DNA from: Gammaproteobacteria bacterium
GTDB taxonomy: Bacteria; Pseudomonadota; Gammaproteobacteria; Burkholderiales; Burkholderiaceae_B
Reading direction: 5' to 3'
Assembly (NCBI GenBank): GCA_018812945.1
Contig: JAHJCM010000007.1
Coordinates: 11,539 to 75,538, forward strand
DNA: 64,000 bases
Numbering within the stretch: the first letter of the stretch is position 1; each line of letters opens with the position of its first letter. Positions 36,376 through 46,324 of this stretch are shown in pieces. Made by a program: the position numbers and the translations under genes. The notes beneath the pieces were generated by a model that was given only the letters and a program-made list of their open reading frames with translations, was not told the DNA's origin and ran no database searches.

Positions 36376-37863
36376 TTAAATACTACTAGCATGAGACTTT
36401 CTGATAAAAGTGCGCATAAAAGGCACAGCAAAAGCTAGCGAACTACAAATTACGGCAACCAATACCAACGCCCTGAAATAATGGCTTTCAATCCAGACAA
36501 GAGCGGCCATGAATACTATGGTACATATTGTGACAAATATCGTCCTTAAAGCGTGCGCCTTTGCCACCGGGAGAACCCTCATTACCAAGTAATTCAGGGC
36601 CAATGTGTCCATGACGACTCTAATAACCCATGCCATAGCTGCACCGACTATGCCAAAATTTGTAAGCAACAACACCAAGCCAATTGAATAGAAAACGAAC
36701 TCGACCATGTGCGCCTTTGCGGTTAAGTCAGGCCTACCCGTGGCCTGCAGTATCACAGAAGCCGGCTGCGCGATGATATTCACCATCCATCCGATGGACA
36801 ACCAGTAGAGGATGGGGACAGAAATTTCATGGAATTCACTGCCAAGCCAAAATTCCAAAACCTCAGGACCAAACAATATTACGCCTGACAATAGGGGTAA
36901 CATCAACCAGTAAAGAACTTTACTACCTTGAACATAAAGCGCATTAAACCGTTCCATGTTGGAGGCGTACGCTGAGGATACCGCAGGAAAAATAACCCCA
37001 ACAATTGCCTGCGAAACCATTTGCAGACGCACTAAGATTTCGTAGGGTGTCACGTAATACGTCACAGCCGACAAGCCAGTAATCGCACCAATGAAAAACC
37101 TATCCATGTACGTCATTAGTGGTCCAATAATATTAGTGACTGTAATCCATCCACCAAAACTTGTAAGTGGCTTTATAAATAGCCTTTTGGGTCGAATGAA
37201 TTTTGCAAGTGAATGTTCGGCGTTACAAGCAGCGCGATAGTAAAAAATGGCGGCCACCATACGACCGAACAGCAGAATGCCAGTGGCCCACCCAACGCTC
37301 GGCGTGAACTGCATGGTGAGCAGTGGCCCTAGATAGGTAAAAATCCCCAATGGCATGCGAATCTTGGCGATGACTTTGAACTGTTGATGCGCTTCCAGAA
37401 CGCCAATAAAACCAGTGGTTAAAACCACTACGGGTATCCCAACGGCCAACAAATAAAATGCAATCCTGGCTTCATCATTGAGCGTATGATTTATATCCAA
37501 CAATCTCTCGACCAGGATTGGATTGCAAGTTGCAATCAAGAACGATCCGACTAAGCTGACCGCAAATAAAACCACCAAAGCGGTCCAAATAAGCGAACCC
37601 AGATCGGAGATTTGTCCACTTCCAAGTCTCTCCGAGATCAGTTTTGTTAGGGCTCGGCCAAGACCAAAATCGAACAGGCTAAAATAGCCAACTCCTACCC
37701 AAATAACAGCCAATAAACCAAATCGCTCACTACCCATTCCTTCGATTAGAATCGGAATCGCGTACAACGCAACGATTAGTGGTGCAATTAGTCCAGTGAA
37801 GTTCCAGACTGCGTTTTTTGCCAATAATCGCGAGGAGGCAGGCTTATTTGAGGGCTGGCTCAT
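36376..37863 (-). CDS. wzx: O-unit flippase (Wzx), copy 2
   Basis: FSLFDFGLGRAL, MDRFFIG, YYVTPYE. About 14 TM segments. Confidence 0.88.
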   Translation of the reverse strand: MSQPSNKPASSRLLAKNAVWNFTGLIAPLIVALYAIPILIEGMGSERFGLLAVIWVGVGYFSLFDFGLGRALTKLISERLGSGQISDLGSLIWTALVVLFAVSLVGSFLIATCNPILVERLLDINHTLNDEARIAFYLLAVGIPVVVLTTGFIGVLEAHQQFKVIAKIRMPLGIFTYLGPLLTMQFTPSVGWATGILLFGRMVAAIFYYRAACNAEHSLAKFIRPKRLFIKPLTSFGGWITVTNIIGPLMTYMDRFFIGAITGLSAVTYYVTPYEILVRLQMVSQAIVGVIFPAVSSAYASNMERFNALYVQGSKVLYWLMLPLLSGVILFGPEVLEFWLGSEFHEISVPILYWLSIGWMVNIIAQPASVILQATGRPDLTAKAHMVEFVFYSIGLVLLLTNFGIVGAAMAWVIRVVMDTLALNYLVMRVLPVAKAHALRTIFVTICTIVFMAALVWIESHYFRALVLVAVICSSLAFAVPFMRTFIRKSHASSI

Positions 37864-37969
37864 TCGTGTACCGCATGAAGCTGTGGGCATCCAGACGGAT
37901 GTAATCTATGGAGATTTACAGGTACAGTGCTAGTTTTCATAACTTTTTTGGCCAGGAAAACAATATTGT

Positions 37970-38761
37970 ATGCGAAGCGGCGACTACACCTTGATTTTGG
38001 CTAGTTACTACCCGAAAAATACTGAACGCACCAAGGCCTTCTGCCAACAATTTCTGAACTGCAAGAAGATTGTTGTTTGTAACTCCTCTGATGTACGGCT
38101 CTGTGACTTTGATAATTCTTGGACAACGCTGCGGGGCTCAAACCACGCAGGTGAATTTTCAGCATGGCAAGAAGGTCTCGACTGGAGCCTTGAACATTCG
38201 CAAAAACCGAAGCACGGATACATTTTTGTCAACGATACAGTGAATTCGCACAGGAAGTTCAGTCGCATTCGATTTCATTTTTTTAAAAATTGTATCAAGC
38301 AGAATGCGAAACACGCTGTTGGTTTTACTGACGAATTGCTTGGAGGGGAAACGTTTTCAATTTGGGGACTGTCGGGGAATCGATGGATGAGTACGTACTG
38401 TTTTTACTTGGGCAATGAAGCCATCGAGAAGATTGATTTCAAAATCAACAGTGAGCTTATTCACCAACAACGGGGGGAGACAGTTGATGACTCGTTTTTT
38501 CCATCGTCAATGTCCAACAATTTAAAGAAGCGTCTAGAGGAATGGCTTTTCGGTGGGGGATGGTATAAAAGTAAACAGGGCGTGACCAACTACCGCGATA
38601 TTGCAAAGTTTAAGGCCCGCGCCATTGTCAATGAAAAAATGTTGTCATTACGATTATCAAACAAAGGAATTGAGATACACAGTGCCATGAATCAGGCACC
38701 GCGACTTTTTGTCAGGTTAGACAACTTTTTAGAAAAACTCCACACAAAGAAAAATGGCTAA
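37970..38761 (+). CDS. Hypothetical protein, possibly a remote GT-A-like glycosyltransferase
   Basis: GSNHAGEFSAWQEG and YIFVNDT segments. Overlaps the downstream GT4 gene. Confidence 0.45.
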   Translation: MRSGDYTLILASYYPKNTERTKAFCQQFLNCKKIVVCNSSDVRLCDFDNSWTTLRGSNHAGEFSAWQEGLDWSLEHSQKPKHGYIFVNDTVNSHRKFSRIRFHFFKNCIKQNAKHAVGFTDELLGGETFSIWGLSGNRWMSTYCFYLGNEAIEKIDFKINSELIHQQRGETVDDSFFPSSMSNNLKKRLEEWLFGGGWYKSKQGVTNYRDIAKFKARAIVNEKMLSLRLSNKGIEIHSAMNQAPRLFVRLDNFLEKLHTKKNG

Positions 38762-39857
38762 AAGTCTTTTATACATTTCTCCTAGTCTTGAAGACAAGAA
38801 CTACGGCGGCTCCGTGGTGGCCAAATCAAACCTTGAGGCATTGTCTAGAGCGTTGCAAAGCTATTCGACCACAGCTTTATCTGTAAATAGAAACGCATCG
38901 TCAGACTGCGTGAAAGTGCCAACTACCAACAATAAAGTTGGTACGGCATTGGCAAACCTATGCCTACTTTGCGCGACCTTAAGCCCTAAGGGGGCCTATT
39001 TTTTGATTAGCCGGATCAGAAAAGAACAGCCGGAACTAATTTGGCTCGATTCGTCTTTGTTCGGCATCCTGATCCCGCTAATAAGACTGCTAAGTCGGCG
39101 AAGCAAAATTATTTGCTATTTCCACAATATTGAGACACCAATCATAAAACATTACGCAAAGAGACGACCCTCTTACTGGATTTCATATTTGGCAACTGCA
39201 GCCAATGAATACCTCTCAATCAAAGGGTCCGATTTACTAATTGCAATACAGCAAACAGATGAAGCAATATTAAAGAGAAGAAACTCGTCCGCCTTAACCT
39301 GCTGCATCCCCGTCTCAATCAAGGACGGCTTTAGAAAAATTCAAGCGCAACTAGCTCCTAGAAATGTAGATATTCCTTATGCACTCTTTGTTGGATCTGA
39401 CTTTCCACCCAATGTTGAAGCACTTGCATACTTGAATTTCAAAATTGCCCCTAGGCTTAAAAATAAGAGAATTATTGCGATCGGCAACGGGATTGATAAG
39501 TATGCACATCAATTCAAGAATCTTGATGTTCGAGGAAAGGTGGACGATATCGCTGACTTCTACACACAAGCCCAAATCGTTGTAGCCCCGATATTTTCGG
39601 GAGGAGGCATGAAAGTAAAAATTGCTGAGGCCCTAATGTTCAACAAAATGGTGCTTGCGTCAAATTTCGCAGCAGTTGGCTATGAAGATGTGCCCAATAG
39701 TGTCTTGATAAGGACTGACGATGACGAGACCTTTTTAAACACCATACAGAACTGCGACTCAAGCACCGATTCAAAAGCAAGAGAATGCTACCTGAGGTTA
39801 TTTTCACCCTATGCAATTCAGCAGAGAATTGAACAAGCAATCAGTCGCATAGAATAA
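38754..39857 (+). CDS. GT4 glycosyltransferase
   Basis: LFVGSDFPPNVEA, VVAPIFSGGGMKVKIAEAL. Confidence 0.85.
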   Translation: MAKSLLYISPSLEDKNYGGSVVAKSNLEALSRALQSYSTTALSVNRNASSDCVKVPTTNNKVGTALANLCLLCATLSPKGAYFLISRIRKEQPELIWLDSSLFGILIPLIRLLSRRSKIICYFHNIETPIIKHYAKRRPSYWISYLATAANEYLSIKGSDLLIAIQQTDEAILKRRNSSALTCCIPVSIKDGFRKIQAQLAPRNVDIPYALFVGSDFPPNVEALAYLNFKIAPRLKNKRIIAIGNGIDKYAHQFKNLDVRGKVDDIADFYTQAQIVVAPIFSGGGMKVKIAEALMFNKMVLASNFAAVGYEDVPNSVLIRTDDDETFLNTIQNCDSSTDSKARECYLRLFSPYAIQQRIEQAISRIE

Positions 39858-39875
39858 AAAAATAATTTGATTTCT

Positions 39876-41792
39876 TCAGAAGACCCAGTCCACCACTCCG
39901 CCTGCTGAATAACCTTCAACACACCGGCATAGAATTTCGGATGCCCCTCGAAGATTTCCTTGATTCAAGAAACGAGACAATTCAAAAAGTTCGAGTTCAA
40001 ACTCCCGTGTAGATAGGTATGATTCGGCTCCCATCAGGATCCTGGAATGAACTGTTTGTTTTGGATCATTCCCAATCAACAATTCCTCATACAACTTCTC
40101 GCCTGGCCTTAGTCCTGTGATCTGAACTTCAATATCGCCCTCGGGATTCGATTCATCCTTCAAGGTGAGGCCGGATAGTTCAATCATTCGAACAGCGAGA
40201 TCGTAAATTTTGATTGGCTCCCCCATATCGAGCAAAAACACATCCCCACCCTTTGCCAAAGCGCTGGCTTGAATCACCAACTGCGCGGCTTCGGGAATGG
40301 TCATAAAGTACCGGGTAATGTCACGATGAGTCAATGTGATTGGACCACCATCGCGAATTTGCTGGCGGAACAGCGGAACAACAGAACCCGATGAGCCAAG
40401 TACATTTCCAAAACGCACCATAGAAAAAACGGTTGTGCTTGATGTTTCAGCTAGAGCCTGTAACGACATTTCTGCGAGGCGTTTGGTAGCACCCATAACA
40501 TTGGTTGGCCGTACAGCTTTATCCGTGCTGATCAACACAAAGTTTTCCGCGCGATGTTTCAAAGCAAGTTTGGCAGTGATATAAGTGCCAAATACATTGT
40601 TGTAAATACCTTCGCTCAGGTTGTGCTCAACCAGCGGTACATGTTTGTAAGCAGCTGCATGGAAGATTGTTTGCGGTTTGAACTTGGCAATGATGCTGTC
40701 CATTCTTGCCTCGTCTCGAACCGAAGCGAGAAAAGGAATAAGGGTAACTTGTGCCTTGCCTGCTGATATTTTCTGTTCCAGCTCTTGATGAATTTGATAG
40801 AGGGCAAATTCGCTTTGCTCGACAAGCAGCAGTTGGCTTGGTCCTACATTCAAAATTTGACGACACAATTCGCTGCCAATTGAACCACCAGCGCCAGTCA
40901 CCAAGACCACTTTACCAAGAATATTTTTTGAGAGTAATTCGGGGTCAGGGCTAACCGGGTCACGCCCCAGAAGATCATCGATATCAAGTTCACGCAGATC
41001 AGAAACACTGATTTTTCCCGCTGCTATTTCAGTAACCCGCGGCAAAGTTCGAACCGCTACTTTGCTTCTTGAAATACTGTCGAGAATTTCATTTCTACGT
41101 TTGCGACTTGCAGCATTGAATGCGAGCAATACAGTATTCACACCCAGTGTTTCAACAAGACCCGGCAAATCTTGCGGATTAAAAATTTTCAGATCATTAA
41201 TGGTTTGTTTGTGCAGGGCTTTGTTGTCATCGATAAAACCGACAACCCGCATTTCATGGCTGTTGGCCAAAGCACCTGCCAGTTGCCTGCCTGTGGCGCC
41301 GGCACCATAGATAAGCACACGTGGCAAATTAGCCAACTGCAATTGATTACGGTACAAGCCACCCAACCAAAACCGGGCAAACAGGCGAGTAAGGCCCACA
41401 AACACCATAAGCAATATTGGCTGAATAATACCCACTGTGCGCGGCACACCCGATACACCCATAGCAGTGAAAATAGCCGCATAAATAACGCCGTAAACCG
41501 CAATCACTTTGGAGACAGTAAATATGGCAGACAAACCTGAATACCTGAATATTGCCCGATAGAAACCATTGACGATGAACAGTGGAATCGCGATGAGCAG
41601 GCTCATCCCCACAGCTGCCATTGGATTCCAGCCAAAATCAGGATTGGTCAATGAGATCCAGTAATCAAGACGCAAATAATAGGCAAGCCAAACCGTGAGA
41701 ACACAGAGGCTTGCATCCACTGCCAACACGATTAGTCGCTTGGCGACGCGGGGCAAATTGAGAACAGGACTGGCGAATTTTGAAAGAAACAT
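39876..41792 (-). CDS. Membrane-bound UDP-GlcNAc 4,6-dehydratase (WbpM/CapD/PglF family)
   Basis: Four N-terminal TM segments, YGAGATG, VTGAGGSIGSE, HAAAYKHVP, STDKAV, RPGEKLYEEL. Confidence 0.95.
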   Translation of the reverse strand: MFLSKFASPVLNLPRVAKRLIVLAVDASLCVLTVWLAYYLRLDYWISLTNPDFGWNPMAAVGMSLLIAIPLFIVNGFYRAIFRYSGLSAIFTVSKVIAVYGVIYAAIFTAMGVSGVPRTVGIIQPILLMVFVGLTRLFARFWLGGLYRNQLQLANLPRVLIYGAGATGRQLAGALANSHEMRVVGFIDDNKALHKQTINDLKIFNPQDLPGLVETLGVNTVLLAFNAASRKRRNEILDSISRSKVAVRTLPRVTEIAAGKISVSDLRELDIDDLLGRDPVSPDPELLSKNILGKVVLVTGAGGSIGSELCRQILNVGPSQLLLVEQSEFALYQIHQELEQKISAGKAQVTLIPFLASVRDEARMDSIIAKFKPQTIFHAAAYKHVPLVEHNLSEGIYNNVFGTYITAKLALKHRAENFVLISTDKAVRPTNVMGATKRLAEMSLQALAETSSTTVFSMVRFGNVLGSSGSVVPLFRQQIRDGGPITLTHRDITRYFMTIPEAAQLVIQASALAKGGDVFLLDMGEPIKIYDLAVRMIELSGLTLKDESNPEGDIEVQITGLRPGEKLYEELLIGNDPKQTVHSRILMGAESYLSTREFELELFELSRFLNQGNLRGASEILCRCVEGYSAGGVVDWVF

Positions 41793-41806
41793 GTTGAACG
41801 TGTGCC

Positions 41807-42370
41807 TTAGTGCGAAACACCGTCGCGTTTAATCACTTTCAGGAAAGTAAGCCAAAGTATTTGAATGTCGAACAACAAACTTTGCTTTTGCATGTATTCA
41901 TAATCCAACTGTACTTTGCGGGGAATAGGTATGTCGTCACGACCATTCACTTGAGCCCAACCCGTCAAACCAGGAAGAATATGGTGTACACCTTTTTCTG
42001 TGCGCAATTCAATTAAGTCGTGCTGATTAAACAAGGCCGGGCGCGGGCCAACAAAACTCATGTCGCCTTTGAGGATGCTCCACAGCTGGGGCAGTTCATC
42101 AAGACTGGTTCTTCGTATGAATGAACCTATAGGCGTGAGGTGCGATCGCGGATCATTCAGCAGGTGAGTTGCCACAGCGGGTGTGCCTACACGCATGCTG
42201 CGAAATTTTGGCATTCTAAAAATATGATTGTGAATTCCCACGCGGTCGCTCCAGTACAAAACCGGACCTTTGGAAGTTACGCGTACCGCAAACGCAACAA
42301 CAAGAATTGGCAAAGCAAGAATGGCCAACACAACAACACCCAATAACAAGTCGAACAAACGTTTCATCAT
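41807..42370 (-). CDS. Monotopic phosphoglycosyl transferase (PglC-like / bacterial sugar transferase)
   Basis: [40 protein letters not shown]. Confidence 0.92.
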   Translation of the reverse strand: MMKRLFDLLLGVVVLAILALPILVVAFAVRVTSKGPVLYWSDRVGIHNHIFRMPKFRSMRVGTPAVATHLLNDPRSHLTPIGSFIRRTSLDELPQLWSILKGDMSFVGPRPALFNQHDLIELRTEKGVHHILPGLTGWAQVNGRDDIPIPRKVQLDYEYMQKQSLLFDIQILWLTFLKVIKRDGVSH

Positions 42371-43320
42371 CGTAGTTTCAATTGGCCTTGCTGCATGTAC
42401 CAGTCGGCCGTTTCCTTCATACCTACCTGCATGCTATAGGGTGGCTCCCAATCCAAATCTTCATGCAGTGCTTGAGGGCTCACCGTAAGGTTACCCAATA
42501 GGCGCTGGGCAGCTGCACGCTTACCCAGCAAAGCGGCGAGGGATTCAATTAGCCAAGGCGAGATATTAATAAGGTTGGCTTTTCGCCCCAGGGCTAGTGC
42601 CATTTCGCGAACCAGCTGTGGCGTAGAAACATCTGAATTGTCAGAAACCAAATAAGTTTTGCCAACCGCGTTCGAATGATTCAGGCAGGTAGCAATAGCA
42701 TTGGCCAAATTACCCACATACACCAAGCTGCGTTGGTTGTTCACGGCCCCAAGTGGCAATGGTATTCCCCGAGCCACTACGCTAAGCAGTTTCAGGAAGT
42801 TGGCCCTTACACCTGGCCCATACACCAATGGTGGACGCAGTATAACCACCTCCAAACCACTTTGACGGCTCAGTTCGAGTAACTGTTGTTCAGCTTCATA
42901 TTTTGAAATCCCGTAAGGATCAATTGGATTTGGAATTGAACTGGCGGTGAACTCGCCCGCTTCGCCATTCACTTTAATGGAGCTGATAAACACCATGCGT
43001 TTGACACCACACTGCACTGCCTGCCTTGCCAACTGCAAGGTACCCTCAGTATTGGCCTGACGAAATTCAAACAATGGGTCAACCGCATTCTCATTCATCA
43101 CATGCACACGCGCAGCAAGATGTACCACCGAGGTACAGCCTTGCAACGACTCCCGCCATTCAGTGTGCGGGCCCAGTGCTTGAACTTGAAAGGTATTGGG
43201 TTCACTCGATGGTGCCCTGCTGGTTTTAATCACCACAGCCCCCAGATTCTCGAGTTGGCTGCAAACACGCTGGCCAACAAAGCCAGTCGCACCGGTTACC
43301 AGGATACGCTGACCATTCAC
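42367..43320 (-). CDS. NAD-dependent 4-keto-6-deoxy sugar reductase/epimerase (WbpV/WbpK-like)
   Basis: VTGATGFVG, HLAARVHVM, SSIKVNGE, YGISK, RPPLVYGPGV.NF. GTG start overlaps the upstream stop. Confidence 0.88.
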   Translation of the reverse strand: MNGQRILVTGATGFVGQRVCSQLENLGAVVIKTSRAPSSEPNTFQVQALGPHTEWRESLQGCTSVVHLAARVHVMNENAVDPLFEFRQANTEGTLQLARQAVQCGVKRMVFISSIKVNGEAGEFTASSIPNPIDPYGISKYEAEQQLLELSRQSGLEVVILRPPLVYGPGVRANFLKLLSVVARGIPLPLGAVNNQRSLVYVGNLANAIATCLNHSNAVGKTYLVSDNSDVSTPQLVREMALALGRKANLINISPWLIESLAALLGKRAAAQRLLGNLTVSPQALHEDLDWEPPYSMQVGMKETADWYMQQGQLKLR

Positions 43321-44441
43321 TTGGACCACACAGTGCGATTGATGTAGTCGGTGTAGCTAAGCACTACTCGCAGTACCTGGCGGGCCACATGGGGGTTCTC
43401 GTAGTCTTTTACCACGGGAGCCACACTCGGTTGCACAGCTTTCTGTTCAATCACAACTCGAACAGCATCCAGTACACGGGCTTTTTTCAGCCCTGACATG
43501 ATGAGAATGCCTTCATCCATTCCCTCGGGCCGCTCGTGTGCATTGCGAATGGTGATAGCCTTCAATCCAAGCAATGAGGTTTCTTCAGTGATGGTGCCGC
43601 TGTCAGAAATCACGCAGGAGGCGCCCATTTGCAAGCGAATATAATCAGTGAACCCAAATGGCTTCAGGAACTGAATCAGGGGATTCATGCTGCTTAGATC
43701 AAGTTCTGCCAAACGTTTTTGAGTGCGCGGGTGGGTGGAAACGATTACGGGGTACTTGTATTGCTCAGCCATGGCATTCAAGGTTTCTAGCAAATCAGCC
43801 ACATTCTCTGGGCTGTCTACGTTTTCCTCGCGGTGTGCGCTCACGATGAAAAACTTGCCCTCTTCCAGCTTCATGGTTTGAAGCACTTTGCTTTGCTGAA
43901 TTTTGGGCATGTAATAATTCAGCACTTCACGCATGTGCGAGCCGGTTTTGATGATTGTTTCAGGGCGAATACCTTCAGCGATCAAATAACGACGGGCATG
44001 CTCGGTTAATACCATATTGATGTCGCTAAGGTGGTCCAGCACCTTGCGGTTCAATTCTTCGGGCACACGTTGATCAAAACAACGATTGCCCGCCTCCATG
44101 TGAAACACGGGAACCTTGCGGCGTTTGGCAGAAATTACAGCCAAACACGAGTTGGTATCGCCGTACAGCATCAGCGCATCAGGCTTGATCTGTTCAAGAA
44201 CTGCATCCGATTTTTCAATTACGCGAGCAATCGTTTGTGCTGCATTTTCACCCACAGCTTCCAGAAAAAAATCAGGTTTTCGAATACCCAGATCATCAAA
44301 AAAAACCTGATTCAATTCATAGTCGTAGTTTTGACCGGTATGCACGAGGGTGTGTTCTGTGTGCGTGTCCAGCTCCGCAATTACGCGGCTCATCTTGATG
44401 AGTTCAGGCCGGGTACCAACTAGGGTCATGACCTTAAGCAT
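43317..44441 (-). CDS. UDP-N-acetyl sugar 2-epimerase (WbjD/FnlC/QnlB type)
   Basis: GTRPE, HTGQNYD, HMEAGNR, HREENVD, SDSGTITEE, ERPEG. Confidence 0.93.
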   Translation of the reverse strand: MLKVMTLVGTRPELIKMSRVIAELDTHTEHTLVHTGQNYDYELNQVFFDDLGIRKPDFFLEAVGENAAQTIARVIEKSDAVLEQIKPDALMLYGDTNSCLAVISAKRRKVPVFHMEAGNRCFDQRVPEELNRKVLDHLSDINMVLTEHARRYLIAEGIRPETIIKTGSHMREVLNYYMPKIQQSKVLQTMKLEEGKFFIVSAHREENVDSPENVADLLETLNAMAEQYKYPVIVSTHPRTQKRLAELDLSSMNPLIQFLKPFGFTDYIRLQMGASCVISDSGTITEETSLLGLKAITIRNAHERPEGMDEGILIMSGLKKARVLDAVRVVIEQKAVQPSVAPVVKDYENPHVARQVLRVVLSYTDYINRTVWSK

Positions 44442-45444
44442 TCAGAAACTCCTGCACATAGTCGAGCTTTTTGAGTACATCCTTTACTCCCTGTACATCC
44501 AGGCGATGTGTGTTGTGAGATGTGTAGTCATCGAATTCGGAAATACGCTGCTCGCCTTCTACAAAATACTTTTTGTAGTTCAGATCGCGATTGTCTGCTG
44601 GGATGCGGAAATATCTGCCCATGTCTTCAGCTTTGGCCATTTCTTCGCGCGACACCAAGGACTCGTAAAGTTTTTCACCATGCCGGGTACCGATGACTTT
44701 AACTGGGTTGTTTTTGTTGAGAAGTTCTTTCAATGCTTGGGCAAGGTCCGCCACAGTAGATGCTGGTGCTTTTTGAATAAAAATATCGCCTTGCTGACCA
44801 TGTTCAAACGCATGCAAAACCAGATCAACCGACTCTTCAAGTGACATCAAAAAACGGGTCATGCTAGGGTCGGTAACTGTGATTTCCTGACCATCCAGCA
44901 ACTGCTGGATGAATAAGGGAATGACCGAGCCGCGACTGGCCATGACGTTGCCATATCGGGTGGCACACACCACAGTACCTCCCTCGGGAATGTTGCGGGA
45001 CTTCGCAACCATGAGCTTTTCCGCCATGGCCTTTGAAATACCCATGGCATTGATTGGATACACCGCTTTGTCGGTACTTAAAACCACCACGCGACTAACA
45101 CCCTTTGCAATGGCTGCGTTCAGCATGTTCTCAGTTCCCAACACGTTGGTGCGCACGGCTTCCATTGGGTAAAACTCGCAGGAAGGCACCTGCTTCAATG
45201 CGGCAGCATGGAATACGTAATCAACGCCAGTCATGGCTTGCGCAAGACTGTCAAAATCACGAACATCACCGATGTAGAACTTGACCTTGTCACAGCCCAA
45301 GGCAATGCGCATGTCTTCCTGCTTTTTTTCATCGCGACTGAAGATGCGGATTTCTTTCACTTCAGTTTCGATAAAACGCTTCAGCACGGTGTGGCCAAAC
45401 GACCCTGTACCACCGGTGATCATGAGTACTTTTCCGTCGAACAT
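44434..45444 (-). CDS. UDP-GlcNAc 4,6-dehydratase/5-epimerase (FnlA/WbjB/CapE)
   Basis: TGGTGSFG, SRDEKKQ, HAAALKQVPSCEF, RYGNVMASRGSV, NRDLNY. Confidence 0.93.
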   Translation of the reverse strand: MFDGKVLMITGGTGSFGHTVLKRFIETEVKEIRIFSRDEKKQEDMRIALGCDKVKFYIGDVRDFDSLAQAMTGVDYVFHAAALKQVPSCEFYPMEAVRTNVLGTENMLNAAIAKGVSRVVVLSTDKAVYPINAMGISKAMAEKLMVAKSRNIPEGGTVVCATRYGNVMASRGSVIPLFIQQLLDGQEITVTDPSMTRFLMSLEESVDLVLHAFEHGQQGDIFIQKAPASTVADLAQALKELLNKNNPVKVIGTRHGEKLYESLVSREEMAKAEDMGRYFRIPADNRDLNYKKYFVEGEQRISEFDDYTSHNTHRLDVQGVKDVLKKLDYVQEFLNA

Positions 45445-45460
45445 GGGGACTCGTCAGTAT

Positions 45461-46324
45461 TTATTGAATTCGGGATTGGCGCATTTTATGAATCAAATCA
45501 GGCCATTTAGGGGCAGTATACCCGCTTGCCTGCTCGAAGCGCGCAGCGCAAAGTGATCGATCAATGACCAAGCCGCTGTCGGGGTTGATTGTGGTTTGTA
45601 CGCCATACTCTTTGGCCACCAGTTGCAGCAGACTCAGCTTGGAAATGGGTTCAGCGGCCACATGATACAGACCATACAACTGAGGCTTTGGCAGAACATA
45701 TTCAATGATGATTCTGGCCAGTTCATAGGTGGGCACACCGGAGAATATTGCTTTGGAAAAACCTTTCACGCTGCCTTGCTGCGCCAGAAACCATTCAAGC
45801 AGAGCGAAGCTGGTGCCCAATTCATGTCCAATAATCGAGGTTCGCAGGGTAATTGCGCTTGGGCTGTCGTTAAGCTCGCCGATGTACTTTGACCGACCAT
45901 AAAGATCCTCGGCATCAGAAGGATCACTTTCAAGGTAATTGCCCTTCTTGCCATTGAACACGCAATCGGTACTGATATGTACCAGGCGCGCACCACCCAA
46001 GATACACAGGCGCAATAAACGATGCGGTAGCATGGCATTAATTGGCAAAACGATTAGCGGGTCGTTGGCTTGCTCGAGTTGCTTGATCAGCCCCACGCAG
46101 TTGATGACCACATCGGGCTTAACCTTTGCAAAAGTATTGACCAACGTGTCCTGATCCAGGACATCCACCCCGGTGAGAATGCCTGCCGAGGGCAGGGCAG
46201 CAAGCTTTCGGTGACAACTAAGGCTACGTTGACTGCCCCACACCTGAAATTGTTTGCTTTCACACAGCGCCTTAAACACTGCACTACCCAACATGCCTGT
46301 AATACCCAACACCAGAATTTTCAT
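45461..46324 (-). CDS. RmlD-like SDR reductase (QnlA/WbvR type)
   Basis: LGITGMLG, HISTDCVF.G.KG.Y, YGRSK, LRTSIIG. No C-terminal cupin. Confidence 0.8.
   Translation of the reverse strand: MKILVLGITGMLGSAVFKALCESKQFQVWGSQRSLSCHRKLAALPSAGILTGVDVLDQDTLVNTFAKVKPDVVINCVGLIKQLEQANDPLIVLPINAMLPHRLLRLCILGGARLVHISTDCVFNGKKGNYLESDPSDAEDLYGRSKYIGELNDSPSAITLRTSIIGHELGTSFALLEWFLAQQGSVKGFSKAIFSGVPTYELARIIIEYVLPKPQLYGLYHVAAEPISKLSLLQLVAKEYGVQTTINPDSGLVIDRSLCAARFEQASGYTAPKWPDLIHKMRQSRIQ

Noticed and set aside
37864-39875. Invertible switch around the reversed two-gene block
   Set aside because: No matching inverted repeats at the two ends and no recombinase gene.
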